Below are positions 14,446-60,939 of a stretch of DNA of 64,000 bases, in pieces. A program made the position numbers and the translations under genes. Origin of the DNA: Amoebidium appalachense (lineage: Eukaryota > Protista > Ichthyosporea); contig CAVNZM010000009.1 of assembly GCA_963693365.1 (NCBI GenBank), positions 7,235,408-7,299,407 of the forward strand, read 5' to 3'. The notes under the pieces were generated by a model, which did not search any database, had not been told where the DNA came from, and saw only the letters and a list, made by a program, of their open reading frames with translations. Each line of letters begins with the position of its first letter. The first letter of the stretch is position 1.

Positions 14446-14610
14446 TAGGGGGGAGTGTGTGTGTGTGTGATTGATGGTTGGGTATGTTAGTGTTAGATGT
14501 GGGTGGGTGGGGGTTGGGACTAATATAGTAAGTGGGTGGATGCCGAAACGGTGCAAGAAAACGGCACACATTTCCGCTACAAGGATGGGAGGGTCCTGGG
14601 GAGAAGAGAA

Positions 14611-14650
<40 letters not shown>

Positions 14651-15677
14651 GGGGGGGGGGGGGGGGGGGGGCAGGTCCCACCTCGATTTCGCTATCTTCG
14701 GGAGGGAAATACAAATCGGTCTGGCCGGGCATAACCACAGCCTTTGCCCTAATTGCAGCCAGGGCGAGAGAAAAATCCCCCCCCGTAGAGGGGGTTCTTG
14801 CTGATGTCTCCGTTCTGCCACGTCCACAGCATGGCTAGGAGGTTGTTGGCATCCCTGTGTGGTCGGAATTGCGTGTGTTTGTGGTTGGAGTCGAACAGCA
14901 GCACGGGGGGGGGGGGGGGGGTTATTTTATTCTTTTTTTTCATTTCTCTTCCCCCCCCCCCCCCCCCATTTTTTTTTTTTTTTTTTTTTTTTTTGGGGGG
15001 GGGGGGGGGAAGGTGGAAGGGTAGGAGGTTTGTGTGGGGAAGGGGGTTAACATAAAGGGATGAATAGAGAGAGAAAAGAGAAAGACAGAGCCAGTTTTTT
15101 GAATTAAAGAACACGTATCTGAATAGGTGTACCTTTTAGTTTGGAGAATGGCACTATTTGTGCAGGCATTGCAAGGGTCTCGGTGGGGAGTGGGGGTGTT
15201 GGTAATCGGGATGTGTGTGAGGGTTTAGGAGTGGGGGGCAGGGGGGCGGGGGAGGGGGGCAGGAGTGGGGGGGAGGGGGGGGGGGGGGGGAGTGAGTGAG
15301 TGAGAGAATTGGAGAGAAAAGGAGGTAGTCGTGGTGATGGTGGTGGATTGGCCCGGGGGCAGGGGGAGGGGGGGGGGGGGGGGGGGGGAGGGGGGGGGGG
15401 GGAGGGAGGGGGGATTTGCTATAGTAGAGCACTCACCTCGACAAGAAATGCTTCTCCCAAAATCCGACAAACCAATCTTCGAGTGAGTTGAATCCAAGCT
15501 TAAGATGCAGCTTCTCCCTATAGAAGGTCTGACTGAACCCCCACCCGGCATACACCCGGGCAAATGCTCTGAGCCCCATAACCGGTTGGGTGCCCGGCCC
15601 GTCAACATGGTACCACCCCTCCTTGAATCTGCACGTGTGTGTGTGTGGGTGGGTGGGTGGGTGGGGGGAGAGGGAGG

Positions 15678-15741
<64 letters not shown>

Positions 15742-17579
15742 GCAAGATAGATTGTACGGATATGCATGTACTTGTGTGTGTGTGTGTCCGCAAGATAGAT
15801 TGTACGGATATGCATGTACTTGTGTGTGTGTGTGTCCGCAAGATAGATTGTACGGATATGCATGTACTTGTGTGTGTGTGTGTCCGCAAGATAGATTGTA
15901 GGGATATGCATGTACTTGTGTGTGTGTGTGTCCGCAAGATAGATTGTACGGATATGCATGTACTTGTGTGTGTGTACGAGTACAGGTGCATCTGTGTGTG
16001 CGTATACATGTGTGTGAATCGTGTGCATGTGCGAGTAGGGTGGGTGGTACATATGTGTCGGTGACCCCGGGGGGCAAGTGGGGGGAGGGGAGGGGGAGGG
16101 TCGAAATGAGCCACACAGCATGAACTTCAAACCCACACGGAGCACATTATAAGGTTTTAAAGAATAGAACACCCAGTGGGAATGGTGCTTGGGGGATAGG
16201 GGTGGGGGTGGGGCAGGTGGAGGGGTAAATGAAGTCGAATACACAGAATTCGGCCTGCCTACGGAGGGGTAGCTCTGAGGGCATGTGTGTGTGTGTGCGT
16301 GATTGTGTGCATGTGTGCGTGCCTATGCATGTGTGTGTCTGATGCGCATGAGATAAGACTTCGTGGAAAGGGTCTGGTTTTCATTGGCCGCTCCATTCCA
16401 ACCAATAGCATCCCTCCATTATAATTTCACATTTTTACATTTTTACCCACCTGGGATCCAGCCTCAACACGTGCTTCAGCCCCTCCAAAAACACGAAATT
16501 ATGAACCGAGGTTTTTGCCGACCCGCAGAATGGAGCGACGCGTTCCACCATGTCCGGATAGGAGGCAGCCCATTGGTAGGAGAGCTGAGCCCCCATAGAC
16601 CACCCCACAGCTAGGAGGATTTTCGAAATTCCGAATTTGCGGGTAACCAATTCGTGCTGTGCGCGTACATTGTCATAGAGGGTCACGTTGGGAAACCTGC
16701 AGTTGTTTAATATTGGTTTGTTAAAATGTCAAAAAAACAAGAAAAAAAAAGGCAGGGGGGGGGGGGGGGGAGGGGGGGAGGGGGGAGGAGGAGGAGGGGG
16801 AGGGAGGAACAAAACAGAAGGACAAGGAACATTTTAGTTGGACGGCTAGAGCCCCAAGCGGACCGGGGGGATGGGGGAAAGTGGGGGGAGGGGGGGGGGG
16901 GGGGGGGGGCGGGGGAAATGAGGGAGGGGGGGGGGGGAGGGGGGGGGGGGGGGGGGGGGAAGAGAGAGAGAGAGAGAGGAGGCTCTATCGTATTCCTGGT
17001 GAGGAGCCAGCCAGATATGCGAAGGTGAGAGTGTGTCATTGCTTGGATTTATCCCGTGATGTAGGTATCTGCTTGTTGCGCACCATGGTGGAATGCCCAT
17101 AAACTAACACCAGTACAGCACCAAGAAACAGAACCCAGCCACTACAAGGAAACAAGTGCGCGTGCTATTACCAGCACATATTTACGAAACGACCTCCCCC
17201 CTCCCCCTCTCCCCTCAAATCCAGGGGAAAAATAAAATAAAACAAAATAAAATAAAATAAAATAAAAAAACGAAAGAAGGAAAAAAGGGGGAAGAATGAG
17301 GCAGAGAAGAAGAAGGGGAAACAAAAGAAAAAAGAAAAAGGCAAGAGAGAAAAAAATCATCAAAACCCTAGTCCGTTAAACCCCCTTAAACCTTAAGCCT
17401 ATTGGGGAAAAAATCCCCACCCACCTTGGCCCGTCATATGGTGACGGGGTGTTGCTAGGGGATGAGGACAGACCGTTCCCAAACATATTGGGCACGATGA
17501 TGAAATACTTGGCTGGATCGAGTGCCTTGCCGGCACCAATCAACCACTCATTGTCCGTGTGGAATCCTGGGAGAGGGGA

Positions 17580-17632
<53 letters not shown>

Positions 17633-18114
17633 ATTTTCTGTGAGGAGACTTTCATATGCCCCAAAACGAAAGCCCTTCATACTGATGAATGCAAATAACA
17701 GGAATCCATATTCAAGTTGATATACCATAGGTCATATCGATTACACCGAGGTGTTCATTGCTGGTCCAGGGGTTGGGGGAGTGGAGCGGCAAGCATAACG
17801 CTGCACATGGGAGAGGGCATCCAGGAGAGAGAATCTAGAAAATGATATTCAGTGCAAATATATGGATACATGAACCAAAACCCCCGGGAAAGAGGGAGAG
17901 ATGGGGGAGAAGAGTTGGGGGAGGGGGACGGGGGGAAGGGGGGGGGGGGGGGGGGGGGGGGAGGGGGGGAATTTGGCTGCGTACCCGAATACCATGTCGG
18001 GTAGACTATGACGTTGTCCTTTGCTGGGCTCAGCGTGCCGTGGGTCTTGTAGGCAATATAGGCGTTGGGTATACGCCCACCATCAAGGAGGTTGAAGTCT
18101 CCGAGCTCAAAGAT
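13900..18114 (-). CDS. Homoserine O-acetyltransferase-like alpha/beta hydrolase (MetX/Met2-related); first exon/start not resolved; +1 frameshift in a G8 run
   Basis: Exons 18114-17985, 17566-17425, 16696-16451, 15628-15437, 14854-14682, 14043-13900. Motifs IAYKTHGTL...[24 protein letters not shown], nucleophile [14 protein letters not shown] (Asp), [10 protein letters not shown] (His). Exon sum is one base too long; removing one C from 14777-14784 restores YGGDFSLAL. Confidence 0.88.
14149..14310. mobile_element. Small degenerate MITE-like element in the last hydrolase intron
   Basis: GGCCAAATAGTCACAACA (~14150-14167) vs TGTTGTGACTGTTCGGTC (~14290-14307), an imperfect inverted repeat with TA just outside both ends; internal direct repeat TTGGATC(T/C)GCAATTCCA. 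Confidence 0.45.
15739..15976. repeat. 48-bp minisatellite, 5 near-identical copies, intronic
   Basis: Unit TCCGCAAGATAGATTGTACGGATATGCATGTACT(TG)n starts at 15739, 15787, 15835, 15883, 15931. Confidence 0.95.
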
Positions 18115-18217
18115 CTGCACATGAGCATATATTATAGAGGCAGATATAAGTAACAGAAAGAGAACACGGGCTTGTTTTTTTTTTTTCTTTTGTTTTTTTT
18201 TGGGGGGGGGGGGGGGT

Positions 18218-18251
<34 letters not shown>

Positions 18252-20615
18252 GAGAGGGGGGGGGGGGGGGGGGGGAGGGGGGGAGGGGGGTTGATTAGAG
18301 CTAGATTCTAATCTTCTGCGTGCACAGAGCAGGGGTATGTGTCTGTACTGCCTCAACAACATTTCTTGGCGGTAACCATACGGTAGTCGAGAACTTCACA
18401 TGCAGTGAATGAGCATCCAGGTTTTCACTTGAATATGTGTACTTGTGTGTGCACCCGTAGAAATCAATCACCACCACATGACATAATATTGTAATGCGAG
18501 AAAACGAAATACGCTTTCACGATTAAGGTTACGAGCGCGTGCGCACCAGCAAGAAAAATGGAAAAGGTGTCGTCCAAAAGTTGCGCCATCCAACAACAAC
18601 AACAATGTCACTAATCTGAACATGTGCATCTTGGCATTCAAAGCCCGGATCCATGTACATTCTACTGCAAGCAAACGAACACGCTTTCACGATTGAGAGC
18701 ACAAGAACATGCGCCGCGACAAGGAAAACGGAAAGGTGCCCGTTCTAAACTGCGAAAAACAATCTTTCTACTGGCAACATGGCAATCCTTTCTCCAAGAT
18801 TTCTCAAACACAACCTCTATGTATATCTACGTGTGACTTACCTCATAGTCACGGCCTGATGCTGCGCCTGCCGCCATTTTCGAAGAATTTAGGAGAAATT
18901 CAATCCTGTTTCTCTTTGCTTTTGAGCCCGACAGGAAGGAAGTGATGGGCGAGAGAACAGTGGTTGTTCGAAGTGCTGCGTTTTTTTTTTTCGAACTTGC
19001 TTTTTTATGAGAGTCCGGGGACAAAGAGAGCTGGGCAGGAGGCTCAGAAGCCTAAAAATGGGAATTATGGGATGAGCCATATTGCTTAAAAAGGTTAGAA
19101 AGCATATATTTGATTGGATACGCAATTTTTGGCGGCGGCGTAACATGATTTCATTGGTTCTGCACCTGACGTCGATAACACTTCGGGAAAAAAATAGGCC
19201 GGGGCCACACACGCAAAAATATAGCGTTATATAACCGGAGCTACGACGTTTTCTAATCACATTCATATAAATATACCCTGCGTCCGGTGGAAGCAGACTT
19301 TGTACAGATTTACAGTTGGCATAATGTCGGTACCTGAATAACCTGATGTGTGCAGCACACGTGCCTTCTCACATGCAAGTGGACACGTACGAGGCGTACG
19401 CACGGCCAGAACTATTGAGACGTGGCCATGTTGTGTCAAGAAAATGCACCAAAACGGCATACACTAAACAGTCCTCAGAGGGAGGGCAGGGGAAGGGGGA
19501 AGGGGCTAATAGTAACTCAACGCTTGCATAAGTCGAGAGTGTGAAAGCATCTACAACGGTGAGGGTTCTCCCGGTGGAGTCATGAGATCACGTTCCCGTC
19601 ACGTTCACGTTTTCGGAAGCTCCACCTTCAAGTAGTGAATTCTTTAGGGGAAAGGTCTTCTTTTGCCCGTATACGTCCGCTGCACGCTTCTCCATGCATC
19701 GATGCAGCCTTTGCGATTGTTAATCTCCAAGGTTGGCCATGGGGTTGGGCTCGACCGTCAAACCTAAAAAAGAACCGTACATCAGGTACATACAAAAAAC
19801 GTGACAAAAAAACTACACGTACGTATGTTGCATACTTTATGATGCAAATATGACAAATCAAATTGCGGTGCGCAGATAGCCTATCGGCGGCAGGTAGGCG
19901 TTTGCGCAAACAAAACATGGGGCCACGCAGAGTGAGGCTCTATGCCTATGCCATTTTTTATTAGGCACGCCTGTACGCAGACCAGCCAGTTGTCTCTATG
20001 GAGGAGGATATCTATCATAGGAGGCCTTGGGAAAAGCCCATGAATATATCAACCATAAGAAAATTTTTGAATATAATACAATAACTAGTTATTTGCCTGC
20101 TATAGGCTTTACCGTGCGCGTGATTCAAAGAAAGGCCAGGCTCACCGAAACTTGATTACCGTCGGAGCGATAGACTTCCTTACGCTTGTGCGGAAATTTG
20201 GAACATCGAGTTCCTGACGTCGTGCATGCACGGTTAAAGAGACGTCTCCCGGCCACCATTTTACATTCTTTTTTTAACAATTATAACTTGTCATCAGAAT
20301 CGCGCTGCTATGTGCTTTGTAATTTTGAGCTGAGAACATGACTGTCTTTCCCACTACTTCCCACAGGCCTTAGTACCAGCTCTTGTCTGTTGCAGTTAAT
20401 TGTTTTTTTTGTTTTTTTTGTGAATTGTGAAACATAACTTTGATGGCTGTGCGATTCAATACGCCCAGACTTATTACCGTGTCCATCTTCACCACCCCCA
20501 TAGTAATTTAGCACACGACAAAGCCCGGAAAGAACCCAAACTCACAAACACAAGCGTCATAAACACACACATAAAAACGACCAAAAAAGAACCTGATCAT
20601 CTCCAAATTCACAAC

Positions 20616-26122
<5,507 letters not shown>

Positions 26123-26625
26123 AAAACACAAGAAAGAAGACCACACACGCCTGCACGCACACACGCGCACACACAGAACCCCCCCCCCCCCCCCCCCCAC
26201 CACCACCACCTCCACCACCACAACAACAACCACCCCTTCCCCTCAAAAACACACACACATGCACGCACACGCGCACGCGCACCCACCCACCCACCCACAC
26301 ACACACACATACACCACTCCAACTGTGGTTCGTGGTGGTATGTTCGAATTGCGGGAACCGACAAGCCTTGCCACGGTGAACTACTTTATCTGGGTACGGG
26401 GATTGGAGGAGGTGTAATGGAAGGTGGTATTTCGTAAGACTTGAAATGTTGTAATTCAAATAGTACTGTTCTATTCTCGAGTACCCACAGGATTTTTGAA
26501 GAATATGTGTGAATGATTTAATTTTTTGATATTGTGGTACCTTGTGCACGGGTTTGCACATACTGAGAATCAATAGTAGTACGCATTCCTTAATGATTGT
26601 ATGAGCAATGGATCCCTGCGTGGAA

Positions 26626-27022
<397 letters not shown>

Positions 27023-27325
27023 CATGCATGTTATGCGCTGTGGGCAAATATCATATGCATGGACAGGTTCCCGAAAGGGGGAGGGGGGGGGAGGGGGGGG
27101 GGGGGGGGGGGGGGGGATCCGGAGCTGTCGCACATACGTGGATTCAAAAGAGAATTGATTTCTTAGAAGATATGAAACGAATTATCGGGCATGATTACAG
27201 TGATCAACAAAGCATAGCGCAATATGCCTGGAACTTTGTACAAATGAGCTTAGCTTTATGCACTCTCTAAACCATGATCACCTAAAAACTATAAAAATAA
27301 TCCTAAATCACTATTGAAGGGGTAC

Positions 27326-27451
27326 AGGCCTAGAGTAAGAGTAGAGTCGCTTTGAGAGGAGAAAGATCTACGGGGAACGCCCTTGGACCTAGGCCTAGAG
27401 TAAGAGAAGAGGAGAGAGGAGAGATGAAAGATCTACGGGGAACTCCCTTGT
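27326..27451. repeat. Two diverged ~64-bp direct repeats
   Basis: AGGCCTAGAGTAAGAG...GAAAGATCTACGGGGAAC(G/T)CCCTTG at ~27326 and ~27391. Confidence 0.8.
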
Positions 27452-27917
27452 ACACACACATTGAAATTCAAGCGCTTCCGAAAAACCGGGTCCAAATACA
27501 CAAAATCCAGGGATACAACACCCACCAAAAAACCGAAGGCCATATTTCAGTATTACTTCCCTACCAAAATGCAACACTTTCTCGAACCGTAAAATACATC
27601 TGAACAACACACACTTTCGTGCTTACTACGAAAATTTACGTGCAATCACTACATATAAAGTCAAAAAAAATTAAACGATAAGTCTAGCACCATTTTACAA
27701 ACTAAAAATCTTGAACACTCAGCATTTCTGTTGCACAAGAACAAGACCATTATCACCCCACTTTACATATTTAACTCCATGTTCCAACGCAGAAAAACAA
27801 CAAAATCTCAAACCGTGTACACTAAATTACGCAACCCAACTGTACACCAACCATCTTTGCCGTTGGAATTGAAATTTTTCTTTTGCAAACCCTTATCAAA
27901 CATAAGTATACCACCGG

Positions 27918-27954
<37 letters not shown>

Positions 27955-28331
27955 AGAGGGGGAGAAGGGAGGGAGGGAGTGAAGGAGGGAGGGGTGTTAG
28001 GTGGGTGTTTGAACAATCCTTACAGTTCACACAATGTTACATAACTCCAAAGTACCCACAACGCAAGAAACCGCTTCCACAACATTTGCAATTTCACACA
28101 CATTAATCACTCTCTTTTACAACCCCTAGCATGCTGATACAAAGATAAGCAAAAACATATTTTTCCAGTTACATGCTAAGGTGAGAGAAAACCCAAAAAT
28201 GAATAGTCCATCCCCCTCGACTTTCCCATCTTCCCCCATGTTCAGTCACAATATCTCCTCCCGTCGTTTCTGCTTCAGTTGCTCCTGTGGCACCCAAATT
28301 CTCTCAATTTTCCTCCTTTCCGTTTCGAATC

Positions 28332-28379
<48 letters not shown>

Positions 28380-28817
28380 CTCTGAAATCGTGATGAAGTT
28401 TCCGAGTGTAGTTTTAAGTGATTACTCTTGCGAGCAGTCTCACAAAGAAGAATTCCAAATCTGATTCCGTCGTGTTTTGTGTTGTGTTGGGGCACTCAAT
28501 TTCAAGTTTACCGATATATATTCCGGCATTTCCTTAGGTTACAGCCCCGTTGGGCTTTTCTTTGTTCCGAGATTTACACTTTTGATTCTCCTTTCTCGTT
28601 TTCGTTCTCCCATACTCTTTCTCTCGCCCGTTCCTTCTTTCTTCTCTCTGCGACGTTGAAACATCCCCCCCTTGTCATCTTCACAATCTCCGCCTTGATC
28701 CCACCGTAAATCTCAACCCAATCTCCAATATTGCACCCCACCCCCGTTCACTTTTCACTTCGTTACCGCAATATCTCACCCCAATTCTTAAATTTTCACC
28801 CCAAACAACCCCTCCGT

Positions 28818-42042
<13,225 letters not shown>

Positions 42043-43580
42043 TTCAAATGTTTTCCGTAAGGGGTGAACGATGTGTCTGCGGTGCATGCCAAGATGCAAG
42101 TGTTAGCTGTTCGCCTATGTAACGTCTCCGTGTGTAAGTCTACGTGTGTTGATGATAATGTTTGTGTGTGTGTGAAAGAGAGTGAGTGTTTTAAGGGTAC
42201 CCAGAGAGAGAAAGAAAGAGAGAGAAACAGTGGGCGAGCAAGCGAGTGAGTGAGTGTGTTCGCGAACAAGTGTGGTGCTGGCAAGAACGTAAAAATGTAT
42301 TGGTTTGTTGATGTTTCCACTTCTTACTGCTGTGCATGTGTTTTATTGGTGTCTGGTGTGTGTCTGCCACCCACCCACGTCACCCTCCTAGCAAAACATA
42401 GGCCACCCTCAAGGGCGAGCCAAAGGCCTGATACTTTGAATAACGAACAAAACTCAAATTTACGGAAACATGGTTTGTGGATATAACCCTCGTCAAGCCA
42501 CCCTGGCATGTTGTATTAACTTTCTGGTCACAAGCATGTTTTGGCCAAGGGACCCGACACACATGGATCGACACAAGTTCAGCCTGTGTTTTTACATACT
42601 CGAAAGCCACCTGTTTACATGTCACGGTAATGACATGTTTTCTCATTGACGCGTGGACGACTCAATTTCCCAAACCTTGCGCAATAACCATATATGGGTA
42701 GTTGCATCGTCACATCACATGATGTCACGAGCAGGCGGTTTCAAGTGACGTTCTACACATATCGGCTAGTTTATAACACGTGCTTTGGATTGTAAATGCT
42801 TTTTATATTGTATTAGAGGGAAAATTTGAAAGAACATCATTTTTTGTACTATACATATTCTGTACGACCGTGACGTCGTTCACACACCTTCACCGGGTCA
42901 CCACAGACAAGTGCTCAAACTTGGTTTGCTCATAATCATGGCTTTTAAAGACGCATTAATTTGATGCGGTGCGTGATAAGCCAATCAATAACTTTCTAGA
43001 CACTATCAAGTTGAACTTTTATGTGCAAGAGCAACGCATGCCGTGCAAGCGTCCTGCGACAACTAGAAAGTAGTCTCTCGCCCATAAATAGGATAGGTTC
43101 ATAATAGGTACAAATATAAATGTACTTGAATATTTATGTATGTCTATGTTCTTGGTGTGCGCGACTCTGCCAACATGGTGCACAATTTGTGCGCATACGG
43201 CTCCGCGGCAAATCAATTTTCAATGGTTCCATTTGATTGGCTGCAGAAGAAAAAGACCAAAATGTTGGACCAGGCGCCGGAGGCCCGCGGACGGCGGACT
43301 CCAGGCTGCCCGCGCTGCGGCGCTGCCGCAGTGCGCGGCTGGCAGCTCACGCTGCTGTGCGTGCCACCTGGGCCACATGCGCCTACCCAGGCAGTGCCAG
43401 CACAAGTGCACGTGCTGTTCCCAAAAATGCATACGTGCAGAATACCCGCTGCGGGTCCAGGCTGTTGCAGGACGTTGACGCAGAAGTTCGTTCAAACTAC
43501 AAACTAACGGCCACCAACCCCGAGATCACGTGGAATTTTAACGTTGCTCCAAATTCTCATAAGCCCTCTGCACCTGCAGC

Positions 43581-43587
43581 TATAAAA
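43581..43587 (+). promoter_or_regulatory. Candidate TATA box of the PLAC8-family gene
   Basis: TATAAAA ~125 nt upstream of ATG 43706; position plausible, untested. Confidence 0.35.
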
Positions 43588-43705
43588 GCACGCCCACCTG
43601 CCAAACTTAGGCCAGTCACAAAACCTCCGAGACCACCCGAGAGTTTGTACTCTCTCGACAAGTTTGTCCACGGTTTTTATCTGACATCCTTACAAAACAA
43701 AGAAA

Positions 43706-44706
43706 ATGAGCGCACCACCTGGTAAGTGAAGCACCCAACTCTTGATTATTATAACCACAGCCTGATACATAGCTACGTTTAGCTCATCAGATCCGAAACA
43801 CCACAGAAGTTCACGTTGCACCACAGAAGTTCAGATCGAATGCCGAGTGGTGCATTTCGAGGGCAACCGATTTCTTCGGAATAAAGATTCAACTCCTACA
43901 GTTAGGCTTAAGATCTCAGAGTCGTGACTATTGAACGATTACGCACATGGTTGCTCTGGCTCTTTGCTTGGTGGTGGTAGGCTTGAATAATTTAGTCAAA
44001 CTCAGGCATATGACTGACCCGTGGTGTCTTTTCTTGCAGCCAGCGCACAGGCCAACGAGGCCATTACCAACAACAAGGCCATTGGCCAAGCAAGCACTGC
44101 CCTTTCCCCTGGCCTTATGACAAACCTCTTTGGCTGCTGCGAAGACGTTGTTGGAGCACTCCTGTCTTGCTGCCTTCCCTGTGTTCCTCTCGCCACGGTA
44201 CAGGCCCAGCTTGACGAAAGGGAGTGCACGTTCTGTGATGCCATCTGCATTCCCAACCCCTACACCCAACGCCAGACCATGAGGGCCAAGTTTGGCATGG
44301 AGGTATGCCTTCCGGCCAATCCTTCTCATCGATGAATGGTGTTTAGGGTATTCAAGGCTGGCACTGTTACCTGGCTTATCTATGGCTCTCAGGGAAAAAG
44401 CTTTCACAGGCTGCTTGCAGCATGATCCATCTAGCAAACTGCTGGACATAGCAGTGACTGTTGCTGGGCACTGGTGTACAGAGAAAGTCTTATTTCTAGG
44501 ATTTCAGGCTGTCCACCCAAGCTCCTTAGTCCCGACAGTTTCAACGATGTACACTTGACTAACCATCTCCTTGGCAGTATGGTGAGGTCCAGGACTGCGC
44601 TTCGGTCACCTGCTGCACGTGCTGTTTCGTCAGCCAAAACGTCCGCGAGTATTCGGCCCGCACTGGCAAGCCTGCTATCTACTTCACTCAACCCAAGGCA
44701 GCATAA
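43706..44706 (+). CDS. PLAC8 / cadmium-resistance (PCR/CNR) family Cys-rich protein, 3 exons, ~135 aa
   Basis: Exons 43706-43721, 44040-44302, 44578-44706 (408 nt). LFGCCED...SCCLPCV, RQTMRAKFGME, DCASVTCCTCCFVSQNVRE; branch point GACTAAC before the last acceptor. Confidence 0.9.
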
Positions 44707-46410
44707 TTGCTTCCGTATTATGTAGAATGATCAAGCTGTCTGCACAGTCGTTTTCGTCAGTCTGGCACCATCTTTTTTTAAAACGTATCGCAGTATATGA
44801 AGAATCCAAGTACATGTTATAGTGTAGGTTTCCGTTGGACAGCTTTCTCAAGCAGTGTATTCCTAGAATGAAAATTTAGAAGGCTTCTGATCCCTCCCCC
44901 CCCCCCCTCCCCCAAGGAAAAAAGAACATGGTGGTGAATGATAGAGAGGGTCCTGTGGGCCACCCCAAGCGTGCAATTGAAAAGGAAAATAAAACAATGA
45001 CCAGGTTTCCCCACGAGCGATAATTGGGAAACCGCTTCCCCGTGGTGACTCGACCTCCAGAGAAATGAAAGCACATTAAGAACTCTGAAGGACGTGACAC
45101 AAGAGCTTGAAAGAAGTCTCTGCTACAGGCTGAAGAGGAGCAGAGAGCGAGCTGTTGGTTTTGGTTAAGTTAAAATGGAGAAAAAATGCATGAAGGATAA
45201 ATTGGAGCTGGCAAGGCTATTGTAGAGTACTTAGCATGCGCTAGTGTCTTTGGATGTTTTGTAGCTGGGCTTTGTGGGTTGGGAATCTCAAGAGCAAACT
45301 TGACAACGAGGGAGCCGGTGATCGTGGTAGAAAGTATTTTCGCACAAGGGTGTAGACCGTCAGTATCTGCCACATTTATAGGTTTCTCGCGCACAACGTG
45401 TGTGCCACTGCCATTCTTCTCCCCTTATGTTGACGTTACAATTCTCTGTTCTGGCTGTGTTGATAGCGGGCAGCTTGCTACTAAAAAAATCGGGTCGCTA
45501 CCTTCCTCTATCATGCTAGTTCGCTGAGCTAGTTCGCCAAAGCATGTTACGGTACATCTGAGGCCAAGCAAGTGGGTTACGTGCCGAAACACAAGTCTCT
45601 TAGCCTATTCTTTGTCTTTGCTTGTTGAAGCTTTCCCTTTCGGTCACTATCAGAACACGCACTTTCCTTTCTTCGTCTTGCTGCTTCGTTTCACGTTTTT
45701 TTGTTCATTTTTCTTGGCGATGCCATCTGATCGCATGATGCCATCGCCAAAGTTCAGATGACCACGGACCACGCCCCCACCGCTCTGATAACTTGGCAGC
45801 GACTTTATACCTATGGTAATATCTAGATTTTGTAACCTTACACGGGGGTGTCTTTATACAGTTGATTTCTTATACCATGAATGGGATCACGAAACTTTGT
45901 GACGAAAGCAACTTTGTAGCACGAAAAAGCGCGAAGGCCCCCAGCAGATCAGGAAAAGCGCACGTCCACTGCCCGTGCCAAACAGCGCTACGGTTTCTAA
46001 TGAAGTTGATGTTTTCCATTTTGAGAGATGAGTATAGCATAGGGATTATAGCAGTATAAGCAGCTTGATGAGCAAGTTGTTGTTTCCCCCCTGTTTGCTG
46101 TTAAGTGGAATAAGCTCATATTTTGCGCTACACCTTCGTTACCAGGTTCACCACTTGAACGGTGTAAGATCTTGGTTACCTCTGCGAAGGGCCTGAAAGT
46201 GCTTGCATTCGATTGTACGCCTTTTCACGTTTGCATTTTTCAAACTCAGTTCAGCATAGTTGGGTTATACTTTTGGAAATTGCGTGAACACGTCATCATA
46301 AAGACCAACGAGGCTTGGAGTGGTCCAGTACTTGTTTGGTTAAATCAACCTACCTTTAGCGCGTAGAAACGAGGTGGATCTCATGAATCCACCACATCTT
46401 CAGCCCGAAA

Positions 46411-60408
<13,998 letters not shown>

Positions 60409-60604
60409 TGTTGACCGATAACCCCTCTTTCTCCCCGTTCCCCCCTCTCCCCCCTCCCCCTCCTCTCTTTCTGTCTCTCTCCCCCCCTCTCCCTCTTCCC
60501 CCTTGCCTCCCTCCATCCTTCTCTCACCTTCTCTCCCCCTCCTCCCATACTTCCTCTCTCTCCCGCCTGCCGCTTTAACACGTGATAATGGTGCGCGTGC
60601 GCAC

Positions 60605-60641
<37 letters not shown>

Positions 60642-60902
60642 ACACATTTTCAGCTGCACGTACAGTCATGGTATTTGGGATTGTGTGCGACTTTGTGCTT
60701 TTCATGCTGCTCTTTTGTGTTAACGTAGACACCCTGTTCTTAGCACAGCCCCCACTTAGATGATACTCGATAATACGTATCGAAAACAACCAATACACAT
60801 GATTCTAATTATAATCTATGTCATGAAAAATGGGCATGCAAACTTGCACAAGCGTGCGCGCGCGCGCGTGCACACACACACACACACACACACACACACC
60901 GT

Positions 60903-60939
<37 letters not shown>

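Noticed and set aside
20031-20372. AGGCCTTGGGAA / TTCCCACAGGCCT inverted pair
   Set aside because: Short imperfect match with no TSD; could be chance.
28318-28340. tRNA T-loop-like GTTTCGAATCCC (similar motif at ~8135)
   Set aside because: No cloverleaf, D-arm or acceptor stem around it.
43136-43725. GC-rich overlapping ORFs upstream of the PLAC8 gene
   Set aside because: No recognisable domain or splice pattern; probably promoter sequence.
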